From positions 1-59,231 of IMG/VR virus record IMGVR_UViG_3300040781_000275: a stretch of 59,231 nucleotides of DNA; one strand, written 5' to 3'. The notes beneath the pieces were generated by a model. It was not told where the DNA came from. It saw only the letters and a list, made by a program, of their open reading frames with translations, and made no database searches. Position numbers and translations under genes: made by a program. Below, one piece after another: positions 28,082 through 38,450 of the stretch; positions within the stretch are counted from its first letter, which is position 1, and each line of letters begins with the position of its first letter. Source of the stretch: a virus. Lineage: Duplodnaviria; Caudoviricetes.

Positions 28082-30220
28082 ATGCATTTTAAAAAACTAA
28101 ATAGCGGGAATAATGAACAGGTTTTGGGAGCTGCTAACGTAGTTCCTATTGCCACGGTTATAAACGGTAGAGCAAACATCGAAGCTAATTGTAAAGTTGT
28201 AGGCCCTTTTGAAAGAATCAGAACAAATAGTTTAAAAAGAATTTATGGTGAGTCTGGCCCTAACGGTGAAGAGATTTTTGTAAATGACACAAGAGACTCT
28301 CGTATTAGGTTTGGTGGTTTTTGGACTACTAACTACGATACCAATGGTACATATGTAGAAAACAGTGTTAGCCCAAATGTTAACAGCTTTGTTGAAATCA
28401 CATTTTATGGAACTGCTTTAAATATGTTATCCGTTGGAACAAGCGGTGATAGAAATGCCGATATTTATGTTGATGGCGTTTTGACAGGAACCAGAGACAG
28501 TATTGCATCTAATGTTTTAGGTGGTCGTAATTTTCATGGGAATGTTTCTTTTCCAATCGCTAGTAACTTAGCTTTAGGTTGGCACACCATCCGACTTGAA
28601 TCTAATGGTGTTGCCGGTGGCTTAAGGTTATTCGGTTTTGATGTTATAAACGCTGATAGCCAATTAAGTATTTTATCCGGTTCTATCTTCAAAGACGGCT
28701 ATGAACATATTTTACAAAATAATGTAAATCTGCCTTTTATCCCTGCTTCTTATACTGGAACTAAAGGCGGGCGTTGCTTAACTTATATTGATGAAAAAGG
28801 TGAAGTAGCTCAAGCAGTTAATGAAGTAGCTAGTGCTCCTTCTTTTTTATCTTCTACTTCTCACGGTAACGAAGCTGTTTATAGAGTCATACACTTTAGA
28901 GAATTTGGTAGAGAAAAAACAGACGACTTCTCTGCTATTACAACAAGCACTGTAAATAGGACTTTTGTTTTAGATGATGGAACTACTGGTTTAGTTGGTA
29001 ATTTAATCCAACAATCAGGCGAAACAATAAATTTAGCCAATAATACCGCTTCATTTATTTCAATTACTTTTGAAGGAACAGGCTTAGACCTTAACCTTAT
29101 TTCAGGAACAGTTACCTGTGGCGATGTTTATGTTGACGGTGTAAATGTTGGAACTTGGAACCAGAATGATACAAAAATCTGTTCTGACCTTCCTTATGGT
29201 GTTCATACAGTTAAGATTGATAATTCACTTTTCGGTGGTGTTTTTGGTATACTGGACGCTTTTGTTGTTTACCGACCTAAAAAGCCGATAATTTCTGCAA
29301 ACTTTCCTGTACTGGCTGATTATTGCATCGTGGCTGATTATGTTGAGGAAGCGACAGTTTCATCTACAGGGGCTTCAGGATTAATCTCTCAGGGTGTTAT
29401 TAGAAAAGCGGGTGTTAGAGAGCTGAAATACACTGGTAGTGGTTGGCTAATGTCTTCCCTGAATCCAAGTGACCCTTACGGTAAATTTCCTTATACAGAT
29501 AATAACGGTGAGACTTGTGAATTTAGTTTTACAGGTACAGGTTTTGATTTATGGTCTAGGTCAGGTTCAAGCACTGTTTCATTTATTATTGAAATTGATA
29601 AAAATGATGGTAATGGTTATCAGGCTTTCACAAATGTTAATTTCCCAAGTGAAACGGCTTCTGTAAATTATAGGGGAGTTGGTGGTTCATTTGATGCCGC
29701 ATCAGCTTTGGTTACAGCTAGTAGTGGTTTTAATGGTAGGTTAACAGGGTTAAGTAACCTTCCTTTTGGTCATTACAATGTTAGATTAACGTCTTTAGCT
29801 AACGCTTCAAACTTTTTTGAAATACAGGCTATTGACGTTATTACACCAATTTCTACTCCAGCTATTTATCACGGTAGCCAATCTCTTTCAGATACTAGAA
29901 AAAGCGTTAACGATAGTCGTTTTAAAACAAAGGCTTTAGTCAATACGACAAATAGCAGAGTATTAGAATCTGAAAATGTGGCACAAATAGTTAGATTAGG
30001 TGTTGGTTATGTTAATGTTTATATGCTAGACGGTCATGTTGACCAGAGTTATGCGGTTTTGGTTTCGGGTACTTCAAATTCGGGTGTGCAAGAGTCTTTT
30101 AAAAGGTTCCCGTCATTTGCTATATTTAATGTAAACAGCGCAGGTACTTTTACAGACACAGTATTTTTACAAGGTCTGACCTTCGACAAAACACAAGAAG
30201 AAGATTTATTTAAGGATTAA
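28082..30220 (+). CDS. Putative receptor-binding protein with three jelly-roll/CBM-like repeats
   Basis: Three copies of F-x-G-T-[AG]-[LF]...(VDG/IEID)...G-x-[HY]-x-[IV]-[RK]. Confidence 0.65.
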   Translation: MHFKKLNSGNNEQVLGAANVVPIATVINGRANIEANCKVVGPFERIRTNSLKRIYGESGPNGEEIFVNDTRDSRIRFGGFWTTNYDTNGTYVENSVSPNVNSFVEITFYGTALNMLSVGTSGDRNADIYVDGVLTGTRDSIASNVLGGRNFHGNVSFPIASNLALGWHTIRLESNGVAGGLRLFGFDVINADSQLSILSGSIFKDGYEHILQNNVNLPFIPASYTGTKGGRCLTYIDEKGEVAQAVNEVASAPSFLSSTSHGNEAVYRVIHFREFGREKTDDFSAITTSTVNRTFVLDDGTTGLVGNLIQQSGETINLANNTASFISITFEGTGLDLNLISGTVTCGDVYVDGVNVGTWNQNDTKICSDLPYGVHTVKIDNSLFGGVFGILDAFVVYRPKKPIISANFPVLADYCIVADYVEEATVSSTGASGLISQGVIRKAGVRELKYTGSGWLMSSLNPSDPYGKFPYTDNNGETCEFSFTGTGFDLWSRSGSSTVSFIIEIDKNDGNGYQAFTNVNFPSETASVNYRGVGGSFDAASALVTASSGFNGRLTGLSNLPFGHYNVRLTSLANASNFFEIQAIDVITPISTPAIYHGSQSLSDTRKSVNDSRFKTKALVNTTNSRVLESENVAQIVRLGVGYVNVYMLDGHVDQSYAVLVSGTSNSGVQESFKRFPSFAIFNVNSAGTFTDTVFLQGLTFDKTQEEDLFKD

Positions 30221-30221
30221 T

Positions 30222-30986
30222 ATGGCTAAGTTTATTGGACAAGAGAAATTATCAAAATTTTCTGAACTTAATGTTAGTTCAGCTCGTTTATTAAACGGCT
30301 CATATGTTGTTATTGGTGGCCAAGCATACAACATCGGTCAACTAGATATAAATATTGATACAAGTGGTTTTGGTGGTCTTGAACTAACTAAACAAGCTAA
30401 TACATTGTATTATGTTTATGCCGTTCTTGAGAATGGTTCTCCTAGATTAATTGGTAGCGTTAATCCTAATGGCCCCATTGGTTTCTTATCTTATAGAAAA
30501 GTCGGAGCTTTATATTTAGACCATAGAAGCGAAATATATAAGGGCTTTTCAGTTGGTGAACAACCACAGGAAGAAACGGAAGTTTATGTAGATAGCGGTG
30601 ATCCTGTTACAACCACACAGCTAACAACAAACGGCAACCTTGAGCAAATTAACACTTTAAATTATTTAGCCAATAATGATACAAACGGCTTCATTATTAT
30701 GAACGCCAATATAGACGTTAAAATTTCTGCTTCAGCGGCTTGGAACAGTACGAGTAGTACAACAGCGGTAGCAATCTATACTTTTAGAGATAATACGGTT
30801 GAAAAAATAGCTGGTTTAGCAAATGCCACTAATACTACATTTGATGAATCTTGCTCCGCTCACATGGTATTAAACGGGCCCGGTGATTATTTTTATTGGC
30901 GAGCTTTAACATCAAACTTAGATGACGTTAGGCTTTACTCAACTTTAAGTGGTTATTTATTTAGAAACATTGATTGGAGCTTATAA
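30222..30986 (+). CDS. Tail fibre-associated protein
   Basis: GGLE...ANTLYYVYAV...P.GF.SYRKVG pattern seen in fibre modules; beta-rich C-terminus. Confidence 0.55.
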   Translation: MAKFIGQEKLSKFSELNVSSARLLNGSYVVIGGQAYNIGQLDINIDTSGFGGLELTKQANTLYYVYAVLENGSPRLIGSVNPNGPIGFLSYRKVGALYLDHRSEIYKGFSVGEQPQEETEVYVDSGDPVTTTQLTTNGNLEQINTLNYLANNDTNGFIIMNANIDVKISASAAWNSTSSTTAVAIYTFRDNTVEKIAGLANATNTTFDESCSAHMVLNGPGDYFYWRALTSNLDDVRLYSTLSGYLFRNIDWSL

Positions 30987-30995
30987 GGATAAGAT

Positions 30996-32285
30996 ATGAG
31001 TCAGAACGGTAACACACAAAATAATTTATCTATCCGTAAAAAGGATTTAGTAAACAGTAAGATTAATTCTACTTTTTACTCTAATTTAGAATTTGCTCAC
31101 TTATCAAGTGGTGGTGAAACAGTTATTGATTTCAATAGCCTGAATTTACCTAGTGAAGCAATTAGCTTAGAGGGTTTTCAAAACCCAACTGTAGCTGCTC
31201 TAGTTAATGCGAAAATTACGCAGAATAAGGGTAATGTAAAACTTCACTCTTCTTTAAGAGGCGAGCTTCAAAGGTTTACAGAATTTTATATTAGAGAGGA
31301 CTCTAAAATCAGATTAACTTTTGAAACAGCTGAAAATGAAATTATCACTGGTATGATTAACAATGTTATTCGTACAACACCTTCGATTATTGATGTTAAG
31401 AAAATATCTTTTACAGGAACATTATTAGAAGGCGCAACAGACATTGTAATAGGTGCTGAGTACAACATCAACGCCAACCCTAGTTCTCAGTTAGGTGACA
31501 TTGTAGTTTATCGATGGAAGGGTAATGCTGCTCCAAGATTAATGGTTCGATGCGAAGGTAACGATATTGGAAACGATGGTAACTATATTGAAAAACTAAA
31601 CGCTATCGAATTTAAAGAAGTTGGTAGAGCAGACGGTGAGAATATCGCTATCTTTTCTCCTAATTGTGTTCCAACTACTTTTCAAAATTCTTTTCAAACA
31701 GACCTCGAAACAATCGGTGGGCAAGTAGATATTATTTCGCAGTTCTTACAAGACGTTCACAGCTTACCAACAAATATTTTTCAAGTAGCGGCTAATCAAT
31801 TAGACCTTAGAGCTTTTGGACAAAAGCTATCTCAGATATTTGGCGTTATTTTTGGTTCAATAACTATCCCATCTTCCTTTGCAACAAAAATACAAAGTTA
31901 TTTTTCTTTCTCAAAAGCTATTGGTAAAACCTTAGACTTCGATACTGTTGCTGGTTCAAATTTAACTGTTGATGTTAACAGTGTTGAAGGTGATTTAAGT
32001 ATCTCTGGTGGTGGAATCGAGATTACTAGAAACGGTAGATATAAAATAAAGGTTATGGCTGAGGTTTTTGGTAACTTTGAGGGTATTGCTTTCGGTTACA
32101 ATGTTAATGGCACTGTCTTTATGGGTGATGCCCAAACAGTTTCACCCAACGCAAGTGGAACTAGAGAGCAGACTCAGGATAACTTTTTAACTAACCTTCA
32201 AGCTGGTCAGATTGTTAAGCCAGTTTATTTTTGTGCTAATGTTAGAGGTTGGCGAGTAGGAAGAATACACATTGAGGAATATTAA
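30996..32285 (+). CDS. Tail fibre-associated structural protein
   Basis: AAGGA SD; beta-rich with a C1q/TNF-like C-terminal pattern (GIEITRNGRYKI). Confidence 0.55.
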   Translation: MSQNGNTQNNLSIRKKDLVNSKINSTFYSNLEFAHLSSGGETVIDFNSLNLPSEAISLEGFQNPTVAALVNAKITQNKGNVKLHSSLRGELQRFTEFYIREDSKIRLTFETAENEIITGMINNVIRTTPSIIDVKKISFTGTLLEGATDIVIGAEYNINANPSSQLGDIVVYRWKGNAAPRLMVRCEGNDIGNDGNYIEKLNAIEFKEVGRADGENIAIFSPNCVPTTFQNSFQTDLETIGGQVDIISQFLQDVHSLPTNIFQVAANQLDLRAFGQKLSQIFGVIFGSITIPSSFATKIQSYFSFSKAIGKTLDFDTVAGSNLTVDVNSVEGDLSISGGGIEITRNGRYKIKVMAEVFGNFEGIAFGYNVNGTVFMGDAQTVSPNASGTREQTQDNFLTNLQAGQIVKPVYFCANVRGWRVGRIHIEEY

Positions 32286-32293
32286 GGATAACT

Positions 32294-33397
32294 ATGAATA
32301 ATTCACCAAGATTAAATTTATTTCAACAATTCCTATCTGTTAATAAAATCATCAATGGTGGTTTAGATTTCTGGCAGAGGAACTCTACATTTAATATTGC
32401 TACAGGTAATATCCAAAACCAATATTTAGCGGATAGATTTTTCATAACTCACGAAACTTCTAACTCAGGTAGTGTAGATGTTGAACAAATTGTTAACTCA
32501 TCTCCAAACGCTAAAACCCCTAATGCTATAAGGATTGAGGTTACAAGTGCTGATGATATGTCAACGGTTAGCGATTACTCTGTTTTCGGTCAACACATGG
32601 AAGGTAATTTTTCATATGACCTTTTAAATAAGACAGCAATTTTTAGAACATGGGTTAGAACAAATAAAACAGGTATCTATTCATTTTGTTTTACAACTCA
32701 AAATGGTGAGAACTATCTAAAGGAAGTTGACATTACTTTAGCTGATTCATGGCAAGAAGTAGTTGTTGAGATACCTGTAGATTATTTTGGAGACAACGGA
32801 ATTGGTATTGGTATGACAGCCTATATTGTCTTAGCAAGCGGTTCTGATAGAAGAGGCGATACAAACGATTCATGGAATTTATCTACTCCACAAAATTATA
32901 GAGCATCTAATAATCAAGTTAATCTTTATTCAGATGTTGGTAACTATATTGAGTTTTCAGAGGTAATGGTTTTTGATAAAGACTTTGGTTCCATATTTGA
33001 AAACGAAGTTCCTTTCTCAAGGGCGGGTAGAAATTATTCTGAAGAATTAGTTTTGTGCCAAAGATATTTTGAAAAAACATATCCTCTTGATATTAGGCCG
33101 GGTTTAGCTACAGGCTTAGGTGAAGTCTATTACTACGCTGCTACAAACTTTGCAAATGCAGGGGCTCTGCACATACAGTTTGCTGTTAGTAAGCGAGTAC
33201 AACCCGTCTATACCCCTTACTCAACAGTGACATTTGATGCACCTAATACTTTTAATAATGCGTCAATTGGGCAAAACTTTAGTGCTAGTGGAACAAACGC
33301 AAGTGAACATGGTGTCACAATGTTATTTGGCCCTTCAGCAACTTTAACAGCGGGGCAATTAGCTAGATGGCATTGGACAGCGCAAGCTGAATTATAA
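32294..33397 (+). CDS. Tail fibre/carbohydrate-binding protein, paralog 1
   Basis: NKIINGGLDFWQR ... EELVLCQRYFEK ... WTAQAEL. Confidence 0.7.
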   Translation: MNNSPRLNLFQQFLSVNKIINGGLDFWQRNSTFNIATGNIQNQYLADRFFITHETSNSGSVDVEQIVNSSPNAKTPNAIRIEVTSADDMSTVSDYSVFGQHMEGNFSYDLLNKTAIFRTWVRTNKTGIYSFCFTTQNGENYLKEVDITLADSWQEVVVEIPVDYFGDNGIGIGMTAYIVLASGSDRRGDTNDSWNLSTPQNYRASNNQVNLYSDVGNYIEFSEVMVFDKDFGSIFENEVPFSRAGRNYSEELVLCQRYFEKTYPLDIRPGLATGLGEVYYYAATNFANAGALHIQFAVSKRVQPVYTPYSTVTFDAPNTFNNASIGQNFSASGTNASEHGVTMLFGPSATLTAGQLARWHWTAQAEL

Positions 33398-33407
33398 GGA
33401 TTTAATA

Positions 33408-34430
33408 ATGGGAATTGAAACAGCTTTATCAACACCAAATGAAAATAAGAAGAACCTTATAATTAATGGGGCTTTAGACTTTTGGCAACGAGGAACAAAT
33501 ATTACCGTTGCGGGTAACACTTATGGCCCTGATAGGTTTTTAGGTGATACATCAAACGGTGCTCTAATTAGGGAGGATATTTCTAGTGCTCTAACTTTAC
33601 CAGACGATGTTTCCTTTAAATATGCTTTAAGAAGCGTTGATAATGTTGGTGGTGGCGCAGTTAAGCACAGAGTTGAATCCGTTTATTTAAGAGATATACC
33701 AGTTGGAACGCTTTTGACCTTTTCATTCTACGCTGCCGGTAATAGCCCAAGTGCTACAGGTGTAATGGTTGGATTAGCAACACCTCAAGGAGTCGATGAC
33801 TTTAGTGCTGTTAATATTATTCAATTGAATAGCGGTGCTTCAACTGATTTTGATGAGGCTTTATATTTGGGTGACCTTGAAGATGTTGGTACAGAATATA
33901 AACGATTCAATTACACATTCCAAATGACAGCGGCTATGAAAAATGGTGTAGAGCTAAGAATATTTGGAGATAAAAGAAGTGCGGGTTTAAATGGTGATTC
34001 GCCTTTTACTCAGACAATTACAGGTTTAATGCTTCATGAAGGTGCGGGTGTTATAGAATTTAAAACGGCTGCGGAGAATTGGGCTGAAGAGTTGGTACTG
34101 TGTCAGCGTTATTATGAAAAAAGTTATGACCTAGAAACAGCTATTGGAACAATTACAAATGTTGGTGCAAGAAAGATAGACAGGATGAATTTAACCGCTG
34201 CCCAATCCTCGCCAAATATGTATGTGACTAGGAAAAGGGGTCCGGCTGTTGGAACGGTTTATAGCCCTGTTACAGGTACAGTAAACCGAGTTAGAGATTT
34301 AAGCTCAAGCTCTGATACTGTTGCCTCTGTTGATAATGTGTTTTTAGGTGAAATGGGTTTTATTGTGGACTTCACAAGTGTTAACGGTGCTCCCTACTCT
34401 TGGCATTTTGAAGCAGACGCAGAACTATAA
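33408..34430 (+). CDS. Tail fibre/carbohydrate-binding protein, paralog 2
   Basis: NLIINGALDFWQR ... EELVLCQRYYEK ... FEADAEL. Confidence 0.7.
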   Translation: MGIETALSTPNENKKNLIINGALDFWQRGTNITVAGNTYGPDRFLGDTSNGALIREDISSALTLPDDVSFKYALRSVDNVGGGAVKHRVESVYLRDIPVGTLLTFSFYAAGNSPSATGVMVGLATPQGVDDFSAVNIIQLNSGASTDFDEALYLGDLEDVGTEYKRFNYTFQMTAAMKNGVELRIFGDKRSAGLNGDSPFTQTITGLMLHEGAGVIEFKTAAENWAEELVLCQRYYEKSYDLETAIGTITNVGARKIDRMNLTAAQSSPNMYVTRKRGPAVGTVYSPVTGTVNRVRDLSSSSDTVASVDNVFLGEMGFIVDFTSVNGAPYSWHFEADAEL

Positions 34431-34438
34431 GGAATAAT

Positions 34439-35173
34439 ATGAAAATAGCTTTAATAGTTAATGGTAAAATTAATGGAAGGTCGATTGGGGATATTGAGTT
34501 AATTGCGGATGAAGAAGTGGTTCGTGGATTAACAGGTCATCACTACAATAGTCTAGCTCGTGTAGTAATTCCTAAATCAATGGAAAATCTTCCTTTAAAA
34601 GGAGTTTTAACAGATGTTGAAGCTTACTGGTTTAAAGGCGAAGAAATAGTTAAGGTTAAGCCACTGGTTCAAGCATGGGAAAATAGTAGTAACCCAGGCG
34701 AGTATGTTTTAGAAAATCCTGAAGACGATAGATGGGATGAAGTTCAAATTCTCGACCCTGAATATACAGAGATTAAAAACTTTGCTCCTAACATAAATAT
34801 TCAACCTGATTGGCTTAAGTATTTTGAAGATAAGATTGAAGAAGCCTACAACGAAATGGATAAAGATGTTAGAGAGGCTATGTTTACAGTTTTTGGAACT
34901 TACTCAACGGAATCTGCAACGGCTTATAATTCTACTTGGGAAAAAATGTCCAATTCTCCCTCTTTGTTTTCTGATGCTGGATTAACTTCAAGATTTGATA
35001 TCCCATCAGCTAATATTGAAATTGATACTTTGTTAAACACACCAGAGATAGTTAAAGAATATGCTGATGCTAAATTAGCTGAAGCACAGGATTATAGTAT
35101 TGCCAGAATGGTTAGAATTGAAGAGTTTAGAAACTTAAGAAAGGAATACCTGAACAAATTAAACGAACTATAA
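34439..35173 (+). CDS. Hypothetical protein, possible fibre assembly chaperone
   Basis: AAGGA SD; follows the fibre genes; helical C-half. Confidence 0.5.
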   Translation: MKIALIVNGKINGRSIGDIELIADEEVVRGLTGHHYNSLARVVIPKSMENLPLKGVLTDVEAYWFKGEEIVKVKPLVQAWENSSNPGEYVLENPEDDRWDEVQILDPEYTEIKNFAPNINIQPDWLKYFEDKIEEAYNEMDKDVREAMFTVFGTYSTESATAYNSTWEKMSNSPSLFSDAGLTSRFDIPSANIEIDTLLNTPEIVKEYADAKLAEAQDYSIARMVRIEEFRNLRKEYLNKLNEL

Positions 35174-35199
35174 AATCAGATGAGAGAAGAGAATAGAAA

Positions 35200-35574
35200 A
35201 TGGCCGGTGCCCAGCTTGTACAAGCACGAAAACAAAAGAACATGGAGTGTGCTTCAACTGTAGAAGTTGGTGACTTAGTGTATCTTCACCCGTCTACTCC
35301 AAATACGGTAGTGACAGCGGAAGATAATAATACTCCCAGTCCTATTATTGGAATCGTGATTTCAAAATACAGTGATAATAACGCTAAGGTCCTCGTTAGC
35401 GGGATAATTAAGATATCTACTGTTATTGACAACGGTAGGCTATTTGTGGGCTTAGGGGGCGGTATTAGCCCTTCTTGCCCTATGGTTAACTATTCTCAAG
35501 AGATTGGTAGAAGTTTTGGTGACGGAGTTATTGATTTCGCACCTGTTTATCGTAGAGTTAAGAGGTCAGCATGA
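35200..35574 (+). CDS. Capsid cement/decoration-like small beta protein
   Basis: VEVGDLVY...IIGIV...VLVSG...LFVG..GGI pattern, also embedded in three larger proteins. Confidence 0.5.
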   Translation: MAGAQLVQARKQKNMECASTVEVGDLVYLHPSTPNTVVTAEDNNTPSPIIGIVISKYSDNNAKVLVSGIIKISTVIDNGRLFVGLGGGISPSCPMVNYSQEIGRSFGDGVIDFAPVYRRVKRSA

Positions 35575-35792
35575 GGAAAGCAACTAAGGATATATTATTT
35601 GTTGCTTGGTTGGAGGTTGTTAAAAATGTGACCTTTGATGATTATAAAATAACGGATGAGAGAAAGAAACTTGGAGTATTCTTTTACAACATAGATTCAG
35701 ATAGTTGGAATAAATGCAAGAGTGAATTTTTTAAAAGCGAAACAACTAAAACTAGATATACTGTCCAAAGATTAAAGGATTTATTAAATTAA
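35571..35792 (+). CDS. Small hypothetical protein (DUF5659-like pattern)
   Basis: TKDILFVAWL motif; ATGA overlap with the upstream gene. Confidence 0.5.
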   Translation: MRKATKDILFVAWLEVVKNVTFDDYKITDERKKLGVFFYNIDSDSWNKCKSEFFKSETTKTRYTVQRLKDLLN

Positions 35793-35811
35793 AGTAAAGT
35801 AAGGAGCTAAA

Positions 35812-36276
35812 ATGAAGGGATTAAAAGCTAAAGTAGACAAGCCAGTTGAGCAAGTTGCAAAAACTAGCCCAAAGGTGCAAAATAAGAATACGAGTAAAAA
35901 GGAAGTCAAGAAGCCCAAAAAGCCGAAAAAACCTGTTTACGAGTACATAGAAAGGAAAGATGGTGTAAACTATCTACTTGAAGATACAGTTAATAAGTTT
36001 TCAAGTTTCGATACACAAGTTAAAGAGCTAGACGGTGAGATTCTTAAACAAGAACATAAGAAAGAGAACGTAGAGCTTAGAATTGAGAATATGAAACTTA
36101 GAATTCAGTTAGCTGAAAAAGAGAAGCGAGATATCGAAACTGCGGTATTTCACTTTAAGACCGAGAAGAAAAAAGCTGGATTGCTTAAAGCCGAGTATGT
36201 GACAAAAGTTGGCAGAGAGTTAGGTAATATTAAAAATTTTGGCTACGACCCCGACACTTTAGAAGTAAAAGTATAA
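35812..36276 (+). CDS. Coiled-coil protein
   Basis: AAGGAG SD; heptad region; ends YDPDTLEVKV. Confidence 0.6.
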   Translation: MKGLKAKVDKPVEQVAKTSPKVQNKNTSKKEVKKPKKPKKPVYEYIERKDGVNYLLEDTVNKFSSFDTQVKELDGEILKQEHKKENVELRIENMKLRIQLAEKEKRDIETAVFHFKTEKKKAGLLKAEYVTKVGRELGNIKNFGYDPDTLEVKV

Positions 36277-36301
36277 TTGAATGTGACCGTAGGAGGATTA
36301 C

Positions 36302-37813
36302 ATGGCCGATCAATCGAAATTGATTTTTGTAAATGGTAATTGTGAGTATGAAGAAACAAGTGTTTCAGATAGTTTATTGTTTGAAAGTTTTAAAACTGCC
36401 AACTTTGAATTAACTGATACCCTATTGGGTGACCTAAATGGTGCTATTGATACTTCAACTGGACTTCCTTCTGCTGGTAGTTTTATTAGATTAGATGGCG
36501 GTGGGTTAATTAGTCAGACAATGTTAAATCTTGCTGGATTAGAAGCACAGCTTGACCACAACGCTTTATCTAACCTAACAGTAGGTGACCCCCATACACA
36601 ATATATTCTTGTTAATGGTACTAGGGCTTTCACAGGTGACCAATCATTAGGTGGTAATAAGATTACTAACGTAGGTGTTGATGCTTCAAGTATCACAGGT
36701 GCTTTAGACGCTGTTAACAAAGCTTATGTTGATGCCGTTGCTCAAGGTCTAAGACCAAAAGGTAATGTTGTTGCTGCCACTACTGGTAACATTGATATTT
36801 CAAGTGCACCAGCCACTATTGATGGCGTAACACCAGGTCTTGTTGATAGAATTTTAGTTAAAGACCAAACTGACCCAACTGAAAACGGTATTTATGAATG
36901 GAATGGTGCAGCTACTCCTATGACTCGTTCTGCTGACCAAGATAACAACCCACTAGCTGAGATTGTAAACGGTGTTTATATTCCACAGGTTATTGGTGGT
37001 ACTGTAAACGGTGGTAAGCCTTTCTTTATTTCTTCTGTTGGTACAGGTAGTGAAGGTCTTCATACAATTGGAATAGATGATATTGTATGGGAAGAATTCA
37101 CAAGTCCTTCACAGTTAGCTGCTGGACAAGGTATTTTAATTTCTTCAAATATTATTTCTGTTAGATTAGCTGCCAATGGTGGGCTAAAATTTGTTCTTGA
37201 TGAGATTGCTGTTGAACCGGCTGATTTTGCTGGTACAGGTCTACAAGACGATGGTGCTGATAATTTAGAAATTGATTTTGCTGATACTGCTACAGAGATG
37301 GGAACTCAAAGAGCTGTTGCTGCTTCTGACTTAAGTGCTAACGGTGCTAATCAGGGTGCAAATATTATAGGTGCTGACCCAACAACTATCTCACAATCTA
37401 GTGCAACAACTATTCAGGGAATTTTAGAAGACCTTTCTAATGAGCTTGAAAATGTCGATATTCCAAGAATTGAGTACACTGTTGATACAGGTGAGACAGT
37501 TGCATTAGGTGACTTCTTAACATTTGCTGGAAACGACTTAACTCGTCCACTTGATGTAACTGTTGATGAGAAGCCGGGTGGAATTGCTTTTGAAGCGGGT
37601 ACTGCTGGACAAGTTGTTCAAACATATCAAAAAGGTGAAGTTGCTGCTGGAGTTATTTCTGGTGGTGTTGCCGGAACACAATACTTTTGGGATGGAAGTG
37701 CTCTTACTACTACCAAGCCAAGTGCTGCTGGTACGAGAGTATGGCGAGTAGGTTATGCTAAAAACGCTACTGACCTATTTATTGATTGGGAATTAATCAA
37801 AGTAAACTCTTAA
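36302..37813 (+). CDS. Fibre/head-decoration protein
   Basis: GGAGG SD; DPHTQY, DAVNKAYVD, IDGV...DRILVKDQT..ENGIY motifs; C-terminal cement-like domain. Confidence 0.7.
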   Translation: MADQSKLIFVNGNCEYEETSVSDSLLFESFKTANFELTDTLLGDLNGAIDTSTGLPSAGSFIRLDGGGLISQTMLNLAGLEAQLDHNALSNLTVGDPHTQYILVNGTRAFTGDQSLGGNKITNVGVDASSITGALDAVNKAYVDAVAQGLRPKGNVVAATTGNIDISSAPATIDGVTPGLVDRILVKDQTDPTENGIYEWNGAATPMTRSADQDNNPLAEIVNGVYIPQVIGGTVNGGKPFFISSVGTGSEGLHTIGIDDIVWEEFTSPSQLAAGQGILISSNIISVRLAANGGLKFVLDEIAVEPADFAGTGLQDDGADNLEIDFADTATEMGTQRAVAASDLSANGANQGANIIGADPTTISQSSATTIQGILEDLSNELENVDIPRIEYTVDTGETVALGDFLTFAGNDLTRPLDVTVDEKPGGIAFEAGTAGQVVQTYQKGEVAAGVISGGVAGTQYFWDGSALTTTKPSAAGTRVWRVGYAKNATDLFIDWELIKVNS

Positions 37814-37820
37814 TGAGATT

Positions 37821-37844
37821 GGGAGGGTAAAACCTCCCTTTTTT
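37821..37844 (+). terminator. Rho-independent terminator
   Basis: GGGAGG-gtaaaa-CCTCCC followed by TTTTTT. Confidence 0.85.
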
Positions 37845-37868
37845 ACTTTTAGAATAGATGAGAACTAA

Positions 37869-38450
37869 ATGGCACAAATTAGATATAAGGTTTTATATTA
37901 CGAAAGAGATGGCCAAGAGTTTAGTGCCGGTGTTGAACTAGACTTAAATGGTGAGAACGTATTCTTTGATAATACAGATACAGGTCTTACCGCAGAAAAC
38001 CTCACCGATGCAATCAAAGAACTTTTAACTAACTTTGAATCATATTCAAGTTCTTCTCTTCAAACCACAACTTCTAATGGTTGGATAACTAAATCAGGAA
38101 ACGGCACAACTGACACAGGATACCCCTTTTTGACCACTATAAAACCAGCGGGCGTTTATGTAGTTGATTATGTGGCAAAAGTTGGTCAAACTAAGAAGAG
38201 TAAACTTGTTGGAAGCCGATTGGAGTATCGAATTGGTGGAACAGGAACTTGGATTGTTTTAGAAAAGAGTGAGGTTATAAATTCCTTTAGCTTAGATAAC
38301 GACAATGAGTTAAGGTCTGGTTGGGATATTATTGAAATAGCTTCCGATGATACGATAGAATTTAGGTGGCAATTTGGACAAACCACTAATGGTGGTATAG
38401 GTGTTATCTCATACGCTGATATAAAACTTTCAAAGGTTAAAGGTATATAA
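37869..38450 (+). CDS. Putative short fibre/structural protein
   Basis: VFFDNTDTGLTAENLTDAIKEL fibre motif plus a beta-sandwich C-terminus. Confidence 0.55.
   Translation: MAQIRYKVLYYERDGQEFSAGVELDLNGENVFFDNTDTGLTAENLTDAIKELLTNFESYSSSSLQTTTSNGWITKSGNGTTDTGYPFLTTIKPAGVYVVDYVAKVGQTKKSKLVGSRLEYRIGGTGTWIVLEKSEVINSFSLDNDNELRSGWDIIEIASDDTIEFRWQFGQTTNGGIGVISYADIKLSKVKGI

Noticed and set aside
32294-34430. Diversity-generating retroelement target/template pair
   Set aside because: Similarity is limited to protein motifs. There is no near-identical repeat with adenine-specific mismatches and no reverse transcriptase in the window.
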